From NCBI GenBank assembly GCA_965223665.1, contig OZ245011.1:2432001-2496000 (forward strand): a stretch of 64,000 nucleotides of DNA, written 5' to 3'. Both the position numbers and the translations under genes were made by a program. The notes below the pieces were generated by a model. That model saw only the letters and a list, made by a program, of their open reading frames with translations. It had not been told where the DNA came from and did not search any database. This DNA comes from Nitrospinaceae bacterium. Its GTDB lineage: Bacteria; Nitrospinota; Nitrospinia; Nitrospinales; Nitrospinaceae. This document shows, piece by piece, positions 60,706 to 64,000 of the stretch (within the stretch, counting starts at the first letter, position 1; every line of letters begins with the position of its first letter).

Positions 60706-62073
60706 ATGAATATTTTGATCGTGGGCGCAGGAATTGTAGGGTTTAATTTAGCCCAGGAACTTTCCCATGAAGGCCATAACATCTCTATAGTAGATGACGA
60801 TTCCCACCGAATAAAACTCATTTCAGATAAACTCGACGTATTAGCTATACATGGTAATGGCTGCTTCCCAAGTGTTCTGATAAAAGCAAAAATTAGAGAT
60901 GCTGAAATGGTGATTTCTGTCACCGATAAGGATGAAATCAATCTTATGGTTTGCTTTTTAGCCCATAAGTTTAATATTCCACAAAAGTTCGCACGCCTTA
61001 GAAGCTTAGAGCTTACTGGTGAAACAAAAGTATTTCATCCGCAAGAATTGTTTGTGGACCATGCCATTAACCCAGGAGAAATAATCATTGATAACATCCA
61101 GAAAATTATCAAAACCCCTGGTGCGGTCAATGTGGCTAATTTTGCTGAAGGAGAGATTTTACTTCGTGGCTTTGACGTAACAGAAACCGCTCCCCTTGCA
61201 AACAAAATCATTCATGAAATACGCGATTTATGTGAATTCAATTCTTTTTTAGTGGTATCCATAGTCCGCGATGGAAATCTAATTATCCCAAAATATGAGG
61301 ATAAAATATGTGCGGGAGATAAAATTTATATTTTGGTTCATCGTGATTTTCTCCCTCTTGTTTTACCCATGTTTAATAAAACTGCTGACGAAATTCAAAA
61401 AGTAATTATGTTTGGGGCGAACTCAATATCGATTCACTTAGCCAAAGCACTGGAAAATTCCATTCGAGATGTTTCAATTATAGAACCTAATTTGGAAAAT
61501 GCTAATTGGGCGGCGGATGAACTTGAAAGCACGGTAATCCTACATGGGACTGGAACCGATCCCGATTTACACAACGATATAAACATGCAGGATGCAGATT
61601 TATTTCTTTCCCTCTCGGACGATGATGAATTGAATATTCTTTCCGCTCTTCTTGGGAAAAAACATGGTGCGAAAAGAGTTGTAGTGATTACTCAAGATCC
61701 TGACTACCTCCCCATTTTGGATTCCATTGGAATGGACATCACAATTAATCCACGCTTAATTACAATTTCTGCAATTCTCAGCCACCTGCGAAAAGGCCAA
61801 GTAGTGAATGTTCATAAACTTATTGAAGAAGAAGCTGAAGTTTTAGAAATCGTAACCACCTCCGAATCTGCCGCGGTAGGAAAAGCAATTAACCAACTCA
61901 AAATGCCGCAGGAAGCGATAATTGGTTCTATATTAAGAAATGGGGAAATGATTGTCCCGAGCGGAAAAACCATAATTGAGGCGGGAGACACTGTCATTCT
62001 AGTCACTCTCCCTAATTCCATAGAAAAGATCGAAAAAATTTTCGGTCGTAAAACTTCCTTTTTTCTAGGATGA
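60706..62073 (+). CDS. trkA: Trk K+ uptake NAD-binding subunit
   Basis: Two RCK_N/RCK_C pairs; IVGAGIVG. Confidence 0.93.
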   Translation: MNILIVGAGIVGFNLAQELSHEGHNISIVDDDSHRIKLISDKLDVLAIHGNGCFPSVLIKAKIRDAEMVISVTDKDEINLMVCFLAHKFNIPQKFARLRSLELTGETKVFHPQELFVDHAINPGEIIIDNIQKIIKTPGAVNVANFAEGEILLRGFDVTETAPLANKIIHEIRDLCEFNSFLVVSIVRDGNLIIPKYEDKICAGDKIYILVHRDFLPLVLPMFNKTADEIQKVIMFGANSISIHLAKALENSIRDVSIIEPNLENANWAADELESTVILHGTGTDPDLHNDINMQDADLFLSLSDDDELNILSALLGKKHGAKRVVVITQDPDYLPILDSIGMDITINPRLITISAILSHLRKGQVVNVHKLIEEEAEVLEIVTTSESAAVGKAINQLKMPQEAIIGSILRNGEMIVPSGKTIIEAGDTVILVTLPNSIEKIEKIFGRKTSFFLG

Positions 62074-63545
62074 ATATAAAAGCGATCTTCAATGTCGTTG
62101 GTCTTCTTCTTATTTTACTTTCCGGGATTTTCATCCTTCCCATTGCAGTGGCATTTTATTATAAAGACCCAGCTTTAGAGGGATTTCACAGCCCCTTAGC
62201 CGCTTTTATATTCACATCTTTGTCATCGGGAATAACGGGATTTATACTTTGGAGAGCCTTGCCCTCAGGATTGGAAAAACTTCGAGATCGTGAAGGATTC
62301 GCCATTGTAGGTTTAGCTTGGATATTTATTTCCTTATTTGGTGCCCTTCCTTTTTATCTAACTGGCTCTACTCTAGAGTTTGTAGATGCTTACTTTGAAA
62401 GTATGAGTGGTTTTACCACCACGGGTGCTTCTATTTTGACCAATATTGATTCCCTTTCTAAGGGAATTTTATTTTGGCGCAATCTAATGCAATGGATGGG
62501 GGGAATGGGAATTATAATGTTGTCTTTAGCCATTTTCCCTGCATTAGGAATTGGAAGTTTTCATCTCTTTAAAGCCGAAATTCCCGGAGGCTCGACCGTT
62601 GAACGCATGCAGCCACGTTTGGCTGAAACCGCGAAAGTTCTATGGAAAACTTATGTAGCCTTGACACTTTTAGAAATAATTTTATTAAAAGCCGGAGGCA
62701 TGGATTGGTTTGATGCCATTTGTCATACATTTTCAACTGTTGCTACAGGTGGATTTTCCACTCACCAAGCAAGTATAGGCCATTTCAACAATCTTTATTT
62801 TGAATGCATAATAATTCTATTTATGTTTTTGGGTGGAATAAACTTTGCTTTACATTATCAATTCTTCGTTAACCGAAATATGGGTGCTGTGTTTGCCAAC
62901 CCTGAATTTCGATTTTACGTCCTAATGGTACTTATTTGTACAAGTATTGCCACCTACGGACTTTGGGATGGCCAAGACCAGGCAAGCCTTATACAATCTT
63001 TGAGAAGAGCTGCTTTTAATGTGGTCAGCATTAACACTACAACCGGATATGCAACAGATGACTTTAATCTTTGGCCGGATTATTTAAGAATGATGATGGT
63101 TGGATTAATGATGGTTGGGGGATGTTCGGGTTCAACCAGTGGCTCTTTTAAGGTAATTCGAATCATTGTAATTTTGAAAGTCATTTATAGAGAATTACAA
63201 AAATTAGTTCATCCCCGCGCTATCATTCGAATTAAGGTTGGTAAACGGGCGCTCGACCCGGATCATGTTACCAATGTAATGGCGCTATCAGGTTTGTTTT
63301 TGGGGCTTTCGGCTTTAGGTTTTTTACTTTTATCTTTAATGGGTGTCGATATGACATCTTCAATTACAGCGTCCATTGCTTCTATTTTCAATATCGGTCC
63401 GGGTTTGGGTCAAGTTGGGCCCGCAGGACACTATGCTGATTTACCCGATATGGGAAAATGGATCCTCATACTTTGGATGTTAATGGGACGGTTAGAAATT
63501 TATGGAATAATGCTATTGTTTCTTCCCATTACATGGAAAAAATAA
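62070..63545 (+). CDS. trkH: Trk K+ uptake membrane subunit
   Basis: FESMSGFTTTG, STVATGGFS, TTTGY, NIGPGLG and GRLEI motifs. Confidence 0.95.
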   Translation: MNIKAIFNVVGLLLILLSGIFILPIAVAFYYKDPALEGFHSPLAAFIFTSLSSGITGFILWRALPSGLEKLRDREGFAIVGLAWIFISLFGALPFYLTGSTLEFVDAYFESMSGFTTTGASILTNIDSLSKGILFWRNLMQWMGGMGIIMLSLAIFPALGIGSFHLFKAEIPGGSTVERMQPRLAETAKVLWKTYVALTLLEIILLKAGGMDWFDAICHTFSTVATGGFSTHQASIGHFNNLYFECIIILFMFLGGINFALHYQFFVNRNMGAVFANPEFRFYVLMVLICTSIATYGLWDGQDQASLIQSLRRAAFNVVSINTTTGYATDDFNLWPDYLRMMMVGLMMVGGCSGSTSGSFKVIRIIVILKVIYRELQKLVHPRAIIRIKVGKRALDPDHVTNVMALSGLFLGLSALGFLLLSLMGVDMTSSITASIASIFNIGPGLGQVGPAGHYADLPDMGKWILILWMLMGRLEIYGIMLLFLPITWKK

Positions 63546-63680
63546 ATGGCAAAATTGAGTTAATGTTTTTTTTTGTAATATAAAATTATTCTTTCCAAAA
63601 TAATTGAGGTGGCCTTTCCATATTTCTGACCACCCCATCCTTATTTCAATTTTGTAAAGCTAAACTAAGAAAGATCCTCT

Positions 63681-64000
63681 CTAACGCCCGGCCCTCAATT
63701 CTTCTAACCAAGGCAGAGCAATTTCCAAGGCCTTCAAAGTTTCTGCAGTCAAACCTCCTTGAGAAAGACCATTATCTTTCTGAAATTTTAAGATTGCTTT
63801 TTGAGATCCAGCTCCCATGTCTCCATCTACAGAACCCTTATAAAATCCCCTTTCCTTAAGAGAGGCTTGAATTTGCTTAATTAAATCTACAGTAATATTT
63901 GTTTCACATAAAACCGGTCTCCAAGCCATTCTCTCCTCAGAGACTCTAACCACCTTAGTAACAGTCTGACTTTCTTCGGGAATAGGAATGTGATTCACTT
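63681..64000 (-). CDS. C-terminal part of a peptidoglycan-binding-domain (PG_binding_1) protein, truncated by the window edge
   Basis: IQASLKERGFYKGSVDGDMG...AILKFQKDNGL. Confidence 0.75.
   Translation of the reverse strand, partial: VNHIPIPEESQTVTKVVRVSEERMAWRPVLCETNITVDLIKQIQASLKERGFYKGSVDGDMGAGSQKAILKFQKDNGLSQGGLTAETLKALEIALPWLEELRAGR

Noticed and set aside
1-64000. Remaining 60-116 aa ORFs nested in or antisense to long genes; tRNA, rRNA, IS and prophage genes
   Set aside because: The short ORFs overlap well-supported genes and lack motifs; no RNA-gene, transposase or integrase signatures were seen by eye

Overview
AT-rich, gene-dense chromosomal window of mostly core genes. It most likely comes from a chemolithoautotrophic nitrite oxidiser (Nitrospinota-like); this is inferred from the five-subunit forDABGE-type 2-oxoacid:ferredoxin oxidoreductase operon and the overall gene set. 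Recognisable genes include an ECF sigma/anti-sigma pair, nadK, purH/purC/purB, dnaN, aroF, argF, orn, rnhA, mtgA, mltA, pcm, hflKC, trkAH, an alpha-2-macroglobulin, an AsmA-like protein and several peptidases. I saw no rRNA, tRNA, CRISPR array or IS/phage genes. Main observations: (1) a 66-aa Lys-rich H1-like gene bracketed by a long-range inverted repeat that could pair the mRNA 5' and 3' ends up to the RBS; (2) a dense 38.1-38.9 kb intergenic region with an unannotated 25-aa membrane peptide gene, a 66-aa protein resembling the histone-fold alpha2-alpha3 or PCP_red fold, a structured RNA candidate and a LacI-type palindrome; (3) a stand-alone ArgZ-like arginine dihydrolase domain directly upstream of argF; (4) a GlnD-like protein with a degenerate uridylyltransferase site but intact HD domain. 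All family assignments are from motif recognition by eye; no searches were run.
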